This document shows, one piece after another, positions 62,687 through 64,000 of a DNA stretch of 64,000 bases; the stretch's first letter is position 1; every line of letters begins with the position of its first letter. The position numbers and the translations under genes are program-made. Origin of the DNA: an uncultured Acidobacteriota bacterium. GTDB taxonomy: Bacteria > Acidobacteriota > Thermoanaerobaculia > Multivoradales > Multivoraceae. The stretch covers positions 2,007,695-2,071,694 of the forward strand of contig CAWKPF010000003.1 in the NCBI GenBank assembly GCA_963851415.1, in the 5' to 3' direction. Below the pieces are notes generated by a model. It did no database searches. It was not told the DNA's origin and saw only the letters and a program-made list of their open reading frames with translations.

Positions 62687-64000
62687 TCAGAGGGCGAGTG
62701 ACCGCGACGCGGCGTGAGTGACCCTCACACCGCGCTCTTCCAGCGCCTCGAGCCTGGCGGGAGCTCGCGTCTCGGCCGGTGGACGATCACAGAAGACACG
62801 CACGTAATTGTCGGTCATTCCCCGCCACCGCCCGCCACGCTCGTTCTCCCACAGCACTTCGAGCGAGGCGCCCAGCTGTTGCTTCCAGAAGCGCCGTTCG
62901 CCGGCGGTCGCCACCTCCAGCATTCTCGACATTCTTTCGCGCTGGACCTCGGGTGCCACAGGATGAGGCTGGCGCGACGCCTCGGTACCGGCACGGACCG
63001 AGTACGGGAAGGCGTGCACTCGCGCGAAGCCGCACCGCTCGACGAAGTCGAGGCTCGCCGCGAACTCTTCATCGGTCTCCCCAGGATGGCCGACGATCAC
63101 ATCCGTGGTCACCGCGACGCCGGGCACCCTTGACCGGATCTCTTCCAGCAATTCGATGAAGGTCGCCGAATCGTAGGGACGCCGCATCCGACGGAGGGTC
63201 GCGTCGCAGCCGCTCTGGAGCGAGAGGTGGAAGTGCCGGCACAGCCGATCGCTCGCGAAGAGATCCAGCAGGCGACGATCGAACTGCCAGGGAGCGATCG
63301 AGGTGAGCCTGAAACGGACTCTCCTGGCACGGCTCTCCAGCAGCGCAACCACGAGATCGTAGAGCTTGCGCTCCCCGTCCCGGTATGCCGAGATCTGGAC
63401 GCCGGTCACCACGATCTCCTCGAGCCCCGCAGACGCCAGTCCCTCGACCTCGGCCACGACCTCCTCGGCGGCTCGGCTGCGCTGCGGACCCCGGGTCGAC
63501 GGAATGATGCAGAAGGAACACCGCATATTGCAGCCATCCTCGACCTTGACGGCGGCCCGCGTGTGGACAGCCGGCAGCGGGACGTAGGAAACGGGCACCA
63601 TCGAAGGCCTCTCCGCGGGTTCGCCCATCGAAGCCGTCGCACTGGCGGCCCCCGCGGCCCGTGCAGGCAGCGGGGAACGCTCCAGCCGCTCGACCAGCGA
63701 CTCCTTGTCGCGATTCAAAACCACGAGATCCACCCCTTCGATCCCGCGGGCCTCCTCGGGGGAGTCGGTCGCCCAACAGCCGGTCACGACCGTGCGCACA
63801 CCCATCCGGGTGCCCCGTCGAACCGTCTTGCGCGAGTCGCGGGCCGCCCCATGGGTCACGGTGCAGCTGTTGATCACGTGCAGATCGGCGGCGTCGAGGG
63901 TCGGCACGATGACGTGCCCGGCCGCGGTCATTTGTCGCGCCAGCCGCTCGACCTCTGCCTGGTTCAGTTTGCAGCCCAGGTTACTCAGGTAGACCCGCAT
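62687..64000 (-). CDS. mtaB: Radical-SAM methylthiotransferase, MtaB-like (tRNA t6A37 methylthiotransferase)
   Basis: MRVYLSNLGCKLNQAE MTTase N-domain and CNMRCSFCIIP radical-SAM triad; the ATG coincides with the window edge, so the gene appears complete. Confidence 0.75.
   Translation of the reverse strand: MRVYLSNLGCKLNQAEVERLARQMTAAGHVIVPTLDAADLHVINSCTVTHGAARDSRKTVRRGTRMGVRTVVTGCWATDSPEEARGIEGVDLVVLNRDKESLVERLERSPLPARAAGAASATASMGEPAERPSMVPVSYVPLPAVHTRAAVKVEDGCNMRCSFCIIPSTRGPQRSRAAEEVVAEVEGLASAGLEEIVVTGVQISAYRDGERKLYDLVVALLESRARRVRFRLTSIAPWQFDRRLLDLFASDRLCRHFHLSLQSGCDATLRRMRRPYDSATFIELLEEIRSRVPGVAVTTDVIVGHPGETDEEFAASLDFVERCGFARVHAFPYSVRAGTEASRQPHPVAPEVQRERMSRMLEVATAGERRFWKQQLGASLEVLWENERGGRWRGMTDNYVRVFCDRPPAETRAPARLEALEERGVRVTHAASRSLAL

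Overview
High-GC (~68%) bacterial chromosomal window. The two tandem TIGR03436-type VWA paralogs suggest an Acidobacteriota-like genome. It is densely packed with about 50 mostly housekeeping genes, largely on the minus strand in long co-directional arrays with 4-nt start/stop overlaps. Recognised genes include secA, guaB, guaA, gpsA, plsY, fabI, thyA, folA, queG, ihfB, mutL, rnc, asnS, ppdK, glyQ, glyS, recO, era, ybeY, phoH, a PgpH-like 7TM-HD protein, mgtE, rimO, mtaB, ribF and trxA. No rRNA, tRNA, CRISPR array, IS element or prophage block was recognised. The clearest anomaly is rpsA (ribosomal protein S1), which has a good SD/ATG and an intrinsic terminator but is broken by about 7 frameshifts, while the other ~45 genes read through intact. 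Other accessory-looking items: a tandem pair of divergent PilZ-domain paralogs behind an AT-rich sigma70-like promoter, with a possible translationally coupled leader ORF; two tandem secreted VWA proteins beside a Holin-X-like and small tail-anchored protein pair and a DUF4177 gene; an unusually perfect 22-bp-stem palindrome upstream of secA; and several short direct-repeat or G-rich elements in gene leaders. Many long minus- or plus-strand 'ORFs' in the six-frame track are antisense artefacts of the high GC content.
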